Source of the DNA: Oscillospiraceae bacterium
GTDB taxonomy: Bacteria; Bacteroidota; Bacteroidia; Bacteroidales; WCHB1-69
Assembly (NCBI GenBank): GCA_963603365.1
Contig: CAVCMI010000009.1
Coordinates: forward strand, 9,346-73,345
Direction of reading: 5' to 3'
DNA length: 64,000 nt
How positions within the stretch are numbered: position 1 is the first letter of the stretch; each line of letters opens with the position of its first letter. The translations under genes were made by a program, and so were the position numbers. A model generated the notes under the pieces. The model did no database searches, had not been told where the DNA came from, and saw only the letters and a list, made by a program, of their open reading frames with translations. Below are positions 1 through 9,760 of this stretch, in pieces.

Positions 1-639
1 ATCGATGCCCTGCAACGGGTTGAGCAAGAAACCGGACACAAGGTCAACAACATCCTGCAGTTGAGGCTGCACCCATCCATCATTGCCTTAAAACGAAAAA
101 TAGATGCCGGGCCGCACGACAAATTGTATGACGTGGAACTGACCTACATCACCGCCCGCGGCAAATGGTACTATGCGTCCTGGAAAGGCGACCAACATAA
201 AAGCGGCGGCATCGCTACCAATATCGGCATTCATTTCTACGACCTTTTGGGCTATCTGTTCGGAGAGGTCAAGGAGAACGTTGTTCATCAGATTTCACAC
301 GACCGGGCAGCGGGTCTGCTCTGTTTTGACCGGGCTCGAGTACGCTATTTCCTCAGCATCAATGCCAAAACACTTCCCAAAGACATTGCGGAAGCCGGCA
401 GCAGGACTTACCGCACCATGAGAATCGGGAACGAAGAGGTGGATTTCAGCAGCGGATTCTCAGAATTGCATACAGAAAGCTACCGCCAGATACTTGACGG
501 GAAAGGCTTCGGACTTGATGAGGTACGAAAGTGTATCCAAATCGTCTATGACATCCGCAACGCCGTGCCCACAGGGCTGAAAGGCGACTATCATCCCTTT
601 GCCAAGTATCCGCTTGAACCCCACCCTTTTGGATGGTAG
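1..639 (+). CDS. Gfo/Idh/MocA-family sugar-nucleotide oxidoreductase, WbpB-like (5' end upstream of window)
   Basis: Frame 1 is open from base 1 (IDALQRVEQETGHKVNNILQLRLHP...), so the track's start at 61 (a TTG) is internal. The motif RGKWYYASWKGDQHKSGGIATNIGIHFYDLLGYLFG resembles the C-terminal domain of WbpB-type UDP-sugar dehydrogenases (recalled, not searched). Confidence 0.65.
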   Translation: MDALQRVEQETGHKVNNILQLRLHPSIIALKRKIDAGPHDKLYDVELTYITARGKWYYASWKGDQHKSGGIATNIGIHFYDLLGYLFGEVKENVVHQISHDRAAGLLCFDRARVRYFLSINAKTLPKDIAEAGSRTYRTMRIGNEEVDFSSGFSELHTESYRQILDGKGFGLDEVRKCIQIVYDIRNAVPTGLKGDYHPFAKYPLEPHPFGW

Positions 640-677
640 CCCTATCAACATAACAAACACAAAAAAACCAGATCCGT

Positions 678-1748
678 ATGCAGAAAGAACAACATATAAA
701 AGGAAAGAGTCTTTTGAAAACCTTCATCCAGTTGGTCCTGTTTGTCGGACTGGGCATCTTTTTCATCTGGCTTTCGCTCCGTTCGCTAAGCCACGATGAT
801 ATCCGCTCAATGTTGGAAGCGATGGAGAAAATCAACAACCCCAAAAGTTGGCTGATCATCTCTGCAGCGGCGGCCATGGCCATCTTCGCCGACTTTGCAC
901 GCGCCGTGAGGGCTCGCATCCTGCTTGAGCCGTTAGGCTACAAGCCCCGGCTCTCAATGGCATTCTATTCTGTCATGGTATGTTATCTTGCCAATTTGGC
1001 CTTGCCTCGACTCGGCGAGGTGCTGCGCTGCTCATTTCTGCAACGCTTTGAAGATGTGCCCTTCCAAAAGTCGCTCGGCACCGTGGTGACCGAAAGGGTC
1101 GTAGATATCATCTGCTGGCTTGTGCTCCTGGTCATCTCCATAGCCGTCAACACCGGCATCCTGTCCGAACTCATCGTGGACCAAGAGGCTCAACAGTCAC
1201 TCGGGGCCTGGCTGAGCGCCAAATGGTCGTCCCTCGTGCATGGCAGCGGACTTTATCTGTTAATCGCTATCATCGTCGTCTTGGCCGTGACAATCCGCCT
1301 GACCCGTAAGTGGTGGCGGAAATCACGCCTCTGTATGAAAATCCGGGATTTCTTCTTGGATTTGTGGCATGGGATTGTCTCCATCAAAGACCTGCCCAAC
1401 CCGTGGCGTTTTGTTTTCTGGACCGTAATGATGTGGATCGCTTACTTTTTAGGCATTTACTTGTGTATGCTTTCCATCCCGTACTTGCATGGCATTGGTC
1501 CTATGACCGCTTTTACAATCCTTACTTTCAGCACAGTGGCATTCATAATCTCGCAAGGAGGCCTTGGCTCTTTCCCCTTGATTGTGGCTGGCATTCTCTT
1601 TTTGTATAACATACCCTACATACAGGGTCTTGCCGCCGGATGGATCGGCTGGATTATGCAAACCGTTATCGTGCTGGTGGTAGGATTCCTGTCCCTGCTC
1701 TTGGCATCGTTTTATAAAAAAACCAACAACCCTACCCTTAAGGCATGA
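678..1748 (+). CDS. Polytopic membrane protein, UPF0104 / lysylphosphatidylglycerol-synthase TM-domain (flippase-like) family
   Basis: 356 aa with an ATG start and about 8 hydrophobic helices. Basic loops (RLTRKWWRKSR) sit between two 4-helix halves, as in the flippase-like domain family. The family call is from memory. Confidence 0.55.
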   Translation: MQKEQHIKGKSLLKTFIQLVLFVGLGIFFIWLSLRSLSHDDIRSMLEAMEKINNPKSWLIISAAAAMAIFADFARAVRARILLEPLGYKPRLSMAFYSVMVCYLANLALPRLGEVLRCSFLQRFEDVPFQKSLGTVVTERVVDIICWLVLLVISIAVNTGILSELIVDQEAQQSLGAWLSAKWSSLVHGSGLYLLIAIIVVLAVTIRLTRKWWRKSRLCMKIRDFFLDLWHGIVSIKDLPNPWRFVFWTVMMWIAYFLGIYLCMLSIPYLHGIGPMTAFTILTFSTVAFIISQGGLGSFPLIVAGILFLYNIPYIQGLAAGWIGWIMQTVIVLVVGFLSLLLASFYKKTNNPTLKA

Positions 1749-2236
1749 CATCAACAACACCGACAGAACACATCCGCCAAAAAATTGTGGAGCCCTCTTT
1801 CTTTGAAAAACACAGACCGATGCTGCAAAACAAGAAGACCGTGTTCACAAACGGCTGCTTCGATGTGCTGCATTACGGACATGTGGCCTGCCTTGCAAAG
1901 GCGCGGCAACTCGGCGACTTGCTCATCGTCGGGCTCAACAGCGACAGTTCTGTCCGGCGGTTAAAAGGCCCGTCTCGTCCTGTCAACGGGCAAATGGCCC
2001 GCGCCATAGTGCTCGCAGCCCTCGAAATGGTGGACTATGTTGTATTGTTTGACGAAGACACCCCCTCCCGCCTGATCACGGACGTTAAGCCAAACGTGCT
2101 GGCAAAAGGAGGTGACTATACACCGGAAAACATTGCCGGCGCCGACTTCGTGAAAAGCAACGGTGGCGAGGTCGTCATCATTCCGCTCGAAGCAGGTTTC
2201 TCTTCCACGCATGTCATAAACAAGCTGAATTTATAG
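1745..2236 (+). CDS. Cytidylyltransferase-fold adenylyltransferase (RfaE domain II-like, D-glycero-beta-D-manno-heptose-1-phosphate adenylyltransferase)
   Basis: 163 aa with the nucleotidyltransferase motif FTNGCFDVLHYGHV. An ATGA overlap with the upstream gene suggests translational coupling. Confidence 0.7.
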   Translation: MTSTTPTEHIRQKIVEPSFFEKHRPMLQNKKTVFTNGCFDVLHYGHVACLAKARQLGDLLIVGLNSDSSVRRLKGPSRPVNGQMARAIVLAALEMVDYVVLFDEDTPSRLITDVKPNVLAKGGDYTPENIAGADFVKSNGGEVVIIPLEAGFSSTHVINKLNL

Positions 2237-2245
2237 AGATTGGTT

Positions 2246-3214
2246 ATGAAAAGGCTTACAACCCTATTATCCTTGTTTCTCTGCCTTACAGCAGCAGCCC
2301 AAACGGTTGACATCACAGAACATACCGCTAATGCGACGCTTCAGGATACGATGCCTTGCACAATAGACTCGTCGGAACGCATCCTTTCAGCATATCCGTC
2401 CATTACAGAAACCTTCCAGATTCCGGCCTACGACCTTTATTCGCAATATTGGGACGTGGCGCATATACGCAGCCGCATCTTGGACATGCCGTTCAGCCAA
2501 GACCGACTTACCATTCTGTTAGTTCAGGGAGACAACAATCCCTTTGAACCTCCTTGCACATACAACGAGATTCTTCTCCCCTACGGACAGACCAAAAAAG
2601 GCGTATTTCACCCAGGCATCGATTTGAAGGTGGAGTGTCAAACCTTAGTCAGGAACTGTTTTGACGGGGTGGTTCGTATGGCCCGGAAATACGGCCCTTA
2701 CGGACTTACGGTGGTGGTTCGCCACTACAACGGACTTGAAACCGTATATGCTCATCTGGGCAGACTTTGCGTCAAGCAGGGACAGCAGGTCAGTGCCGGC
2801 GATGTCATCGGACAAGCCGGTCAGACCGGGAATGTGACCGAATGCGTGCTGCATTTCGAAACCCGCTTCCTGAACGAGCATTTCAATCCCGAAAGCATTA
2901 TCGATTTTGCCTACGGCTCACTCACGGGCAACACACTCTCGTTGGACATTTCCGACTTTAGGGTGCTGCCTTTAGACGAGACAAGCGCGGAAAAGACACC
3001 GGACATTTCGCCGCCGCCGGCCATCAAACAGGAAACAGAAAATGACCCGGCAGTCAGGAACTCGCCCGAAACTGAATATCATACGGTACAAAAAGGCGAA
3101 ACATTATACAGAATCGCCTTGAAACACAACACGACAACAGATAAGATACAGACCCTCAACAATATTACAGACCCAAGTAAAATAGTTGAAGGACAGCGAA
3201 TTAGGGTCAGGTGA
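2246..3214 (+). CDS. Secreted M23 family metallopeptidase with C-terminal LysM domain
   Basis: Signal peptide MKRLTTLLSLFLCLTAAAQ. M23 motifs HPGIDL and YAHL...GQTGNVTECVLHFE. C-terminal LysM (YHTVQKGETLYRIALKHNTTTDKIQTLNNI). The ATG at 2246 is preferred to the track's TTG at 2240. Confidence 0.8.
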   Translation: MKRLTTLLSLFLCLTAAAQTVDITEHTANATLQDTMPCTIDSSERILSAYPSITETFQIPAYDLYSQYWDVAHIRSRILDMPFSQDRLTILLVQGDNNPFEPPCTYNEILLPYGQTKKGVFHPGIDLKVECQTLVRNCFDGVVRMARKYGPYGLTVVVRHYNGLETVYAHLGRLCVKQGQQVSAGDVIGQAGQTGNVTECVLHFETRFLNEHFNPESIIDFAYGSLTGNTLSLDISDFRVLPLDETSAEKTPDISPPPAIKQETENDPAVRNSPETEYHTVQKGETLYRIALKHNTTTDKIQTLNNITDPSKIVEGQRIRVR

Positions 3215-3266
3215 CAACGTATAGGGAAAAATATTTGTTCCTATATTGAGGATTTGAAAAAAAATG

Positions 3267-3274
3267 TATTTTTG
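3267..3274 (+). promoter_or_regulatory. Bacteroidota -7 promoter box (TATTTTTG) upstream of rpmE2
   Basis: Matches TAnnTTTG and is preceded by an A/T-rich run. It lies 38 nt upstream of the ATG. Confidence 0.55.
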
Positions 3275-3311
3275 CAATCCGAATTTTTAGACAACGAAAA
3301 ACTGCAACAAT

Positions 3312-3581
3312 ATGAAAAAAGGTATCCATCCAAAAGAGTATAGAACAGTTGTATTCAAAGACATGTCAAACGATTATGCTTTCTTGACAAAATCAACTGT
3401 CAATACAAAAGACACGATACAATGGGAAGACGGAAATGAGTATCCGTTGGTAAAACTTGAGATTTCAAACACCTCCCACCCTTTCTTCACTGGGAAGATG
3501 AAATTGGTTGACACCGCCGGTCGTGTCGATAAGTTCCGCAGCAAATACGCCCGTCATCTGGAAAACAACAAATCTAAATAA
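3312..3581 (+). CDS. rpmE2: 50S ribosomal protein L31, type B (no Zn-binding CxxC)
   Basis: 89 aa, [17 protein letters not shown]...HPFFTGK. It lacks the CxxC pairs of type A L31. Confidence 0.9.
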   Translation: MKKGIHPKEYRTVVFKDMSNDYAFLTKSTVNTKDTIQWEDGNEYPLVKLEISNTSHPFFTGKMKLVDTAGRVDKFRSKYARHLENNKSK

Positions 3582-3602
3582 TCCACAAATTTTGTACTTT
3601 TG

Positions 3603-3641
3603 CTGACCTTTTTTGCTTTGTCAAGGAAGGTCAGTTTTTTT
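3603..3641 (+). terminator. Rho-independent terminator after rpmE2
   Basis: Stem CTGACCTT (3603-3610) pairs with AAGGTCAG (3627-3634), followed by T7. Confidence 0.7.
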
Positions 3642-3665
3642 ATGTACTAACACGATCAATTCAGC

Positions 3666-6116
3666 ATGAAAGACCTATCATTACTGGATGAATTTATGAA
3701 TAGCGACACCAATTTCATTCCATTGTTTTCCCTTGACGATGAGAAAAGACTAAAAGAAGAGTCCTTGCCTGAGGAAATCGCCTTGTTGCCGTTGCGGAAC
3801 ACTCTGCTTTTCCCTGGGATGGTGATTCCCATAAACGTCGGAAGGACCAAGTCAATCCGTCTGGCGCAAGACTATTCGCGCAGCAGTGAGCCCATCGGCG
3901 TTGTTGCCCAACGCGTAAACGAAGTGGAAGAGCCGGCCATTGATGACCTTTACCGTGTGGGAACGTTGGCACATATTCTCAAATACATCACAATGCCGGA
4001 CGGCGGCGTGACAATTATTGTGCAAGGTGTTCGCCGCTTTGTGCTTCAAGAAATAACCCAGACGGACCCCTATTTCAAATGCACAGTAAAACCTTTTGAA
4101 TCAAATGATTTTGACCAAAATATCATAAACGATAAGGAGTTCAAGGCTCTCATCTCGACAACACGCGACACCGCAAGCCGGATGCTGAAACTCTCGAACA
4201 ATGCGCCAAGAGAGGCTTCGTTTGCCCTCAAAAACATCGAAAGCCACGTCTTCCTGCTCAATTTCCTGGCCTCGAGCCTTTCTGTCTCCACCAAGGAAAA
4301 ACAGGAGATTCTTGAAATGCCCGACATTGTCGAAAGAGCCAAAAGGACACTCCGTCTGCTTCACCGCGACCTTCAGATGGTGGAGCTCAAGAACCAAATA
4401 CAAGACAAGTCGCGGCAGGAAATGGACAAACAACAGCGCGAGTATTTCCTCAACCAGCAAATGAAGACCATTCAGGAAGAGTTGGGCGGAACTCCTGCCG
4501 AAAAGGACTACGAAGAACTCAAGAAAAAGTCGGCCAAGAAGAAATGGAGTGCTGAAACTGCCGACATTTTCAAGAAAGAGCTCGACAAACTGCAACGTAC
4601 CAACCCTATGTCGCCAGATTATTCTGTGCAGCTCAACTATCTGGAACTGTTTGTCGACCTCCCCTGGAATGAATACAGCAAAGACAACTTCAACCTGGAC
4701 AAAGCACGCAAGACACTGGACAAAGACCACTACGGTCTTGACAAGGTGAAAGAGCGCATCATAGAGTATCTTGCCGTATTGAAACTGAAAGGCGATATGA
4801 AATCGCCGATTCTCTGCCTTGCCGGGCCTCCGGGCGTGGGCAAAACCTCTCTTGGGAAGTCTGTCGCCGCAGCCTTAGGACGCAAATATGTGCGGATGTC
4901 CTTGGGCGGTCTGCGCGACGAGTCTGAAATACGGGGTCATCGCAAAACCTACATCGGCGCCATGCCCGGCCGCATCATCCAAAGCATGCGCAAAGCCAGC
5001 TGTGCCAACCCCGTTTTTGTGCTGGACGAAATAGACAAAATCACCGGCATGAATGTTCAAGGAGACCCCTCTGCTGCTTTGCTTGAGGTGATGGATCCAG
5101 AACAGAACAATGCCTTTTACGACAATTATCTGGAAACCTCTTTCGACCTGTCGAGGGTACTGTTTATTGCTACTGCCAATAACCTCAACAATGTTCACCA
5201 TGCTCTGCTCGACAGAATGGAAATCATTGACATTCCCGGCTATCTGGCCGAAGAAAAACTGGAAATAGCAAAACGTCATCTTGTACCTAAACAGCTGAAC
5301 GAAAATGGATTGACTAAACAAATCCTCCAAATACAAGACGACACCGTAAAAACAATCATCAACGAATACACGCGCGAGGCCGGTGTTCGTACGCTTGAAC
5401 GCATATTGGCCAAGGTCATACGCAAACGCGCTGCCGAGTTGGTGCAGAACGGGAAAACAGAGAAAAAAGTCAAACCGGCAGACTTGAAAGAACTGCTCGG
5501 CTCTCCAATTTTCCAATTGGAAAAGGCTTTCGACAATTCTGTGCCCGGCGTGGCTACGGGACTTGCCTGGACTGCCGCAGGCGGCGAAATCCTTTTTGTT
5601 GAGGCACTCACCTCGCACGGGAAAGAGGGGTTTACGATGACCGGCAATTTAGGGGACGTGATGAAAGAGTCCGTCACGATCGCCTACGAATACCTCCGTG
5701 CCCATGCGGCAGACTACGGCATTGACCCGAGCATATTCGAGACGACAAAAGTACACGTACACGTGCCCGAAGGCGCCACCCCTAAGGACGGGCCTTCCGC
5801 AGGCATCACGATTCTGACCGCTCTGGTGTCGGCCTTCTCCCAAAAGACCTTGTGCGACAAAGTGGCCATGACCGGCGAGATAACGCTGCGCGGGAAATTG
5901 CTTCCCGTCGGTGGAATAAAAGAAAAGATTCTGGCCGCAAAACGTTGTGGCATATTCGACATTGTGATGTCAGAAGAAAACAAGCCCGACATTGACGACA
6001 TCAAGGAGCATTTCATCGAGGGAATGAACTTCCACTATTTCTCCTCTATGAAAGAGGCTGTATATTTCATTTTCGGAGGAAAAGAAAAATTGAGAAACGA
6101 CAACGGCAAGGTGTAG
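3666..6116 (+). CDS. lon: ATP-dependent Lon protease
   Basis: 816 aa with an N-terminal LON domain, Walker A GPPGVGKTS and the protease motif PKDGPSAGIT. Confidence 0.95.
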   Translation: MKDLSLLDEFMNSDTNFIPLFSLDDEKRLKEESLPEEIALLPLRNTLLFPGMVIPINVGRTKSIRLAQDYSRSSEPIGVVAQRVNEVEEPAIDDLYRVGTLAHILKYITMPDGGVTIIVQGVRRFVLQEITQTDPYFKCTVKPFESNDFDQNIINDKEFKALISTTRDTASRMLKLSNNAPREASFALKNIESHVFLLNFLASSLSVSTKEKQEILEMPDIVERAKRTLRLLHRDLQMVELKNQIQDKSRQEMDKQQREYFLNQQMKTIQEELGGTPAEKDYEELKKKSAKKKWSAETADIFKKELDKLQRTNPMSPDYSVQLNYLELFVDLPWNEYSKDNFNLDKARKTLDKDHYGLDKVKERIIEYLAVLKLKGDMKSPILCLAGPPGVGKTSLGKSVAAALGRKYVRMSLGGLRDESEIRGHRKTYIGAMPGRIIQSMRKASCANPVFVLDEIDKITGMNVQGDPSAALLEVMDPEQNNAFYDNYLETSFDLSRVLFIATANNLNNVHHALLDRMEIIDIPGYLAEEKLEIAKRHLVPKQLNENGLTKQILQIQDDTVKTIINEYTREAGVRTLERILAKVIRKRAAELVQNGKTEKKVKPADLKELLGSPIFQLEKAFDNSVPGVATGLAWTAAGGEILFVEALTSHGKEGFTMTGNLGDVMKESVTIAYEYLRAHAADYGIDPSIFETTKVHVHVPEGATPKDGPSAGITILTALVSAFSQKTLCDKVAMTGEITLRGKLLPVGGIKEKILAAKRCGIFDIVMSEENKPDIDDIKEHFIEGMNFHYFSSMKEAVYFIFGGKEKLRNDNGKV

Positions 6117-6150
6117 AACCCTTATCTGCGAACTCAGAAGAATCAGAAAT

Positions 6151-7230
6151 ATGGACAATTTTCAGACGGCATTGTCAGAGCGTCCCGGCATTGAGCAACC
6201 CCATTCCGTAAATCCGCATTTGGTAATACGCAAACGCAAGGAGCTGAGTCTGGAAGATTATGTCGCAGGGATCTGTTCCGGGAACCGAATGGTTCTTAGC
6301 CGCGCCATCACAATGGTGGAAAGCGAAAATCGTAATCATTTCCAACTGGCGCAAAACATCATAGAACGCTGTCTCCCCCATTCGGGCAACTCTTTGCGTA
6401 TCGGAGTCACGGGTGTACCGGGGGTCGGGAAAAGCACATTTATAGAATCGTTCGGCAAACTGCTCACAAAACAGGGCCATAAACTGGCCGTTTTGGCTAT
6501 TGACCCAAGCAGCGAACGTTCCAAAGGCAGCATCTTGGGCGACAAAACCCGTATGGAATCTCTGTCTGTTGACGAGAATGCCTTTATCCGTCCCTCTCCC
6601 TCCGGAAACACCTTAGGCGGTGTGGCCCGCAAAACCCGCGAGACGATAATCCTTTGCGAAGCCGCCGGTTTTGACATCATTTTAGTGGAAACCGTAGGTG
6701 TGGGGCAGTCGGAAACCGTTGTCAAAACAATGGTCGATTTCTTTCTTCTGCTTATGCTTGCCGGCGCTGGCGATGAACTGCAAGGCATCAAAAGAGGCAT
6801 AATGGAAATGGCCGACTGCCTGCTCATCAACAAGGCCGACGGCAACAACAAACCCGCTGCCGTTCAAGCCCAGACACAATACAGAGCCGCACTGCAACTG
6901 TTTCCACGCAACGAAAGCCAATGGACCGTGCCGGTTGAAATATGCTCGGCCTTGGAGGGTTTTGCCATCGACACCGTCTGGTCGCTGATACAGGATTATG
7001 TGAAAATGACAACATCTAACGGCTTTTTTGAACGTAACCGTACAGAACAGTTTGTCAACATCTTCCACAATTGGATCAACTATTCCCTGCAAAACGGCTT
7101 TTACAACGATGAAAAAATAAAGACCGAAATGGAACGCCTGCTTCCTATGGTACGTAACAGACAAATCTCCCCCTATAAGGCCGCTTCAGATCTGATTGAA
7201 CTATACCATTATGGATTGGGCCGCGACTAA
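6151..7230 (+). CDS. meaB: MeaB/ArgK-type G3E GTPase (methylmalonyl-CoA mutase accessory)
   Basis: Motifs GVPGVGKST, DPSS..GSILGDKTRM, VETVGVGQSE and NKAD. No mutase gene is adjacent. Confidence 0.85.
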   Translation: MDNFQTALSERPGIEQPHSVNPHLVIRKRKELSLEDYVAGICSGNRMVLSRAITMVESENRNHFQLAQNIIERCLPHSGNSLRIGVTGVPGVGKSTFIESFGKLLTKQGHKLAVLAIDPSSERSKGSILGDKTRMESLSVDENAFIRPSPSGNTLGGVARKTRETIILCEAAGFDIILVETVGVGQSETVVKTMVDFFLLLMLAGAGDELQGIKRGIMEMADCLLINKADGNNKPAAVQAQTQYRAALQLFPRNESQWTVPVEICSALEGFAIDTVWSLIQDYVKMTTSNGFFERNRTEQFVNIFHNWINYSLQNGFYNDEKIKTEMERLLPMVRNRQISPYKAASDLIELYHYGLGRD

Positions 7231-8307
7231 AGCGGAAGCAAAAGCGAAAAACAGATTATAACCGCCGCATATCCCGTCCACGTCAAGCAACTCACCGGCG
7301 GCATAAATGCCGGGATAACGTTTCAGGGAAAAATCTTCGTCGAGTTCACACAAGTCGATGCCTCCATGGCACACCTGTGCCAACGACAAGCCGTAGGTGC
7401 CGGTTATGTCAAGTCTGAACCGGCGAGGGTCAAAAGGCTTCTTCTCATACAAGGCGCAAAGCTTAGGATGCAACACGCCTTTAAACGACAGGAAGCGGTG
7501 CAAGTGCGCTTCTGCATCAAAGCGTTCGTCTTGGTAAACAAAGTCCAAGAGGACCTGGCAGTTGTTTTGGCTTTCGAGTCTGTTGTAATAGGCAGAAAGA
7601 TTCAAAATCACAATTCCGGAGATGCCGTCATCTTTAAACATCACCTCGCCGGCTTCGCGGTGCACGAGCCTGTCTTTCTGGAATAGCGAAGCCATAGCAC
7701 GCGCGCGGCATCCTGAAAGCATCTTCGGATATCTGTTGACAACAAAACCGACTAACGATGGACGCAGCGGTACAGTTTTCAACCGCAAGGGCTGCAAAAA
7801 ACGGCTGCAACAGTCTTGCTGTGCCGGCAAAATATTGGCAGCCGACCCGGAAGTCAGCACTACATTGTCAAAGGCAACAGGATAATCGTTTACATGCCAT
7901 TTCCCATTTTTGTTGAAGAGGGCGGCGACTTCGTAACACAACTCAACATGAATGTTGTCGAGTGTCTCTTGCAGTACATCCACCACTGTCTTTGAAGACA
8001 ACGACATCGGATAGACGCGGTTCTCTTCGTCTGTTATCATCAAGAGTCCCATTTCTGTAAACTCCTGGTAAAGCGTTGCAGGAGACACCTTTTGCAGAAG
8101 ATGCGCTATAAACTCCGGCCTGTTATAGCAGCCGGGCGAAACTGCCGCATTGAATATGTTGGCTTTCCCGCCGCCAGAAGCCCGCAATTTTGTGCCGGGT
8201 TGCTGACACCGCTCAAAAACATAGACTTGCAGGTCTCTTTTGCCGGACAGTTTGCGACATAGGAACAGCCCGGCCGCCCCGGCACCTATAATGGCTATGT
8301 TTTTCAT
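7201..8307 (-). CDS. HI0933/BaiN-like FAD-binding flavoprotein (aminoacetone-oxidase family)
   Basis: Start chosen at MKNIAIIGAGAAGLF (dinucleotide-binding motif). Motif RASGGGKAN is present. The remainder of the 491-aa track ORF overlaps suhB and is not credible. The 3' end overlaps meaB convergently by 30 nt. Confidence 0.75.
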   Translation of the reverse strand: MKNIAIIGAGAAGLFLCRKLSGKRDLQVYVFERCQQPGTKLRASGGGKANIFNAAVSPGCYNRPEFIAHLLQKVSPATLYQEFTEMGLLMITDEENRVYPMSLSSKTVVDVLQETLDNIHVELCYEVAALFNKNGKWHVNDYPVAFDNVVLTSGSAANILPAQQDCCSRFLQPLRLKTVPLRPSLVGFVVNRYPKMLSGCRARAMASLFQKDRLVHREAGEVMFKDDGISGIVILNLSAYYNRLESQNNCQVLLDFVYQDERFDAEAHLHRFLSFKGVLHPKLCALYEKKPFDPRRFRLDITGTYGLSLAQVCHGGIDLCELDEDFSLKRYPGIYAAGELLDVDGICGGYNLFFAFASALVAAQSIMV

Positions 8308-8315
8308 CTGTAATT

Positions 8316-9122
8316 TTATTGTTTCATGAAATGGAACACAGACTGCTGAAACTCTTGGAAGAGCGCCGGGCCGGATGCTACAATCTCGCCGCCAAAGAGC
8401 CAATTGCCGTTGCCGGAAAAGTCTGTCACCTTTCCGCCGGCTTGTTGCACAATAAAAGCGCCTGCTGCCACATCGTAGGGTTTCATGCCGTACTCGAAAT
8501 AGCCGTCGCATCTGCCGCAAGCCACATAGACAAGGTCTGTGGCTGCAGACCCTAAGCGGCGCAATCCGTGTGTATGCTGCATCGACCATTCCAGATATGC
8601 CATAAAGGGTTTCAATATGGAAAAGTCGGTATACGGGAACCCTGTGGCCAAAAGCGACGAATTCAATCCAGGGCATGCTGAGACGTGAATCTGTTTCCCG
8701 TTCATATAGGCATCACTGCCTTTATAGGCATAGAAACACTCGTCGCGCCCTATTTCATATACGACGCCTATCACAATGCAATCCTCCTCCTTTAATGCGA
8801 TGCTGATGGCTGTAGGCGGAAGTCCGTGTATGAAATTGGTCGTGCCGTCAAGCGGGTCGACAATCCAGTTGAAATGGTCGGCAAGAACCGTTTCCGTCTT
8901 TTCTTCCGCGATGAATCCGGCCTCAGGCAACAGTTCTTTCAGCCGTTTCACAATAGTGGCTTCTGATTGCTTGTCGAACCTCGTGACATAGTCATGAATG
9001 CCTTTCACATCAACCTCGACAGTGGAGATGTTTTGGCGTTCGTGGCACAGCCAGCGCCCTGTACGGGTGGCAAGGGATGCCACTTCGCGGCAAAGGTCTT
9101 GATAGTTTATCTGTTTGTCCAT
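8316..9122 (-). CDS. suhB: Inositol monophosphatase family protein
   Basis: 268 aa with IMPase motifs WIVDPLDGTTNF and AAGAFIV. Confidence 0.85.
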   Translation of the reverse strand: MDKQINYQDLCREVASLATRTGRWLCHERQNISTVEVDVKGIHDYVTRFDKQSEATIVKRLKELLPEAGFIAEEKTETVLADHFNWIVDPLDGTTNFIHGLPPTAISIALKEEDCIVIGVVYEIGRDECFYAYKGSDAYMNGKQIHVSACPGLNSSLLATGFPYTDFSILKPFMAYLEWSMQHTHGLRRLGSAATDLVYVACGRCDGYFEYGMKPYDVAAGAFIVQQAGGKVTDFSGNGNWLFGGEIVASGPALFQEFQQSVFHFMKQ

Positions 9123-9688
9123 TATTGTTCAAGAAAACGTTTTACGATAGAAACCATTTCGTTCTGAGCGCGTGTCAAGTCGTCGTTCAACACCAAAACG
9201 TCAAACTGTTCCGCAAACGACAATTCGTATTCGGCTTTGTCTAAACGTTTTGCCAGCGTTTCCGGAGTTTCCGTCCCACGCTTGTTCAGTCTCCGCTCAA
9301 GTTCATCTATCGTCGGGGGCTTGATGAAAATGGAGAGAGCCTTGTCGCCATAGAATTTCTTGATGTTCAGCCCGCCTAAGACATCCACATCGAAGATAAC
9401 CGTTTGACCGTTTTCCCAAATGCGCTCAACTTCGCTTTTCAGGGAACCGTAGAACTGGTCGCGGTAAACCTCTTGCCATTCCAGGAACTCGTCGCGTTGG
9501 AGACGTTGTTTAAACTGCTCCGTCGTTATAAAATAGTAATCCTTTCCGTCGGTTTCGTAATCACGTTTGGCTCTGGTTGTTGCAGAAACGGAAAACTGCA
9601 GTAGGGGCACTGCTGTCAGCAGATGCCTGACGATGGAGGTCTTGCCGGCGCCCGACGGAGCAGAGACAATAATGACTTTCCCTTTCAT
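9122..9688 (-). CDS. gmk: Guanylate kinase
   Basis: Start at MKGKVIIVSAPSGAGKTS (P-loop). The first 10 codons of the track ORF (MYFCASKQGS) are translation of the promoter. The stop overlaps the suhB ATG by 1 nt. Confidence 0.9.
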   Translation of the reverse strand: MKGKVIIVSAPSGAGKTSIVRHLLTAVPLLQFSVSATTRAKRDYETDGKDYYFITTEQFKQRLQRDEFLEWQEVYRDQFYGSLKSEVERIWENGQTVIFDVDVLGGLNIKKFYGDKALSIFIKPPTIDELERRLNKRGTETPETLAKRLDKAEYELSFAEQFDVLVLNDDLTRAQNEMVSIVKRFLEQ

Positions 9689-9707
9689 AGAACCTTGTTT
9701 AGAGGCG

Positions 9708-9739
9708 CAAAAATACAAAAAGCTTTTTTTGTATTTTTG
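9708..9739. promoter_or_regulatory. Back-to-back divergent -7 boxes (gmk on minus, mutS on plus) forming a 14-nt perfect inverted repeat
   Basis: CAAAAATACAAAAA (9708-9721), GCTT spacer, then TTTTTGTATTTTTG (9726-9739). Each arm contains TATTTTTG reading toward its own gene. Confidence 0.6.
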
Positions 9740-9760
9740 TCAACTTTTTAAAAAAATGAA

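Noticed and set aside
8308-8676. N-terminal 123-aa extension of the track ORF 7201..8676
   Set aside because: The extension overlaps suhB in another frame. The FAD-binding motif MKNIAIIGAGAAG marks the real N-terminus at 8307.
9689-9718. Recurrent 'MYFCA...' / 'KCRFFCIFAA' N-terminal extensions on gmk, purA, dsrC-like and the TPR gene
   Set aside because: These are translations of the conserved promoter sequence (reverse complement of GCAAAAATACA...) that happens to be in frame. The conserved protein N-termini start at the next ATG.
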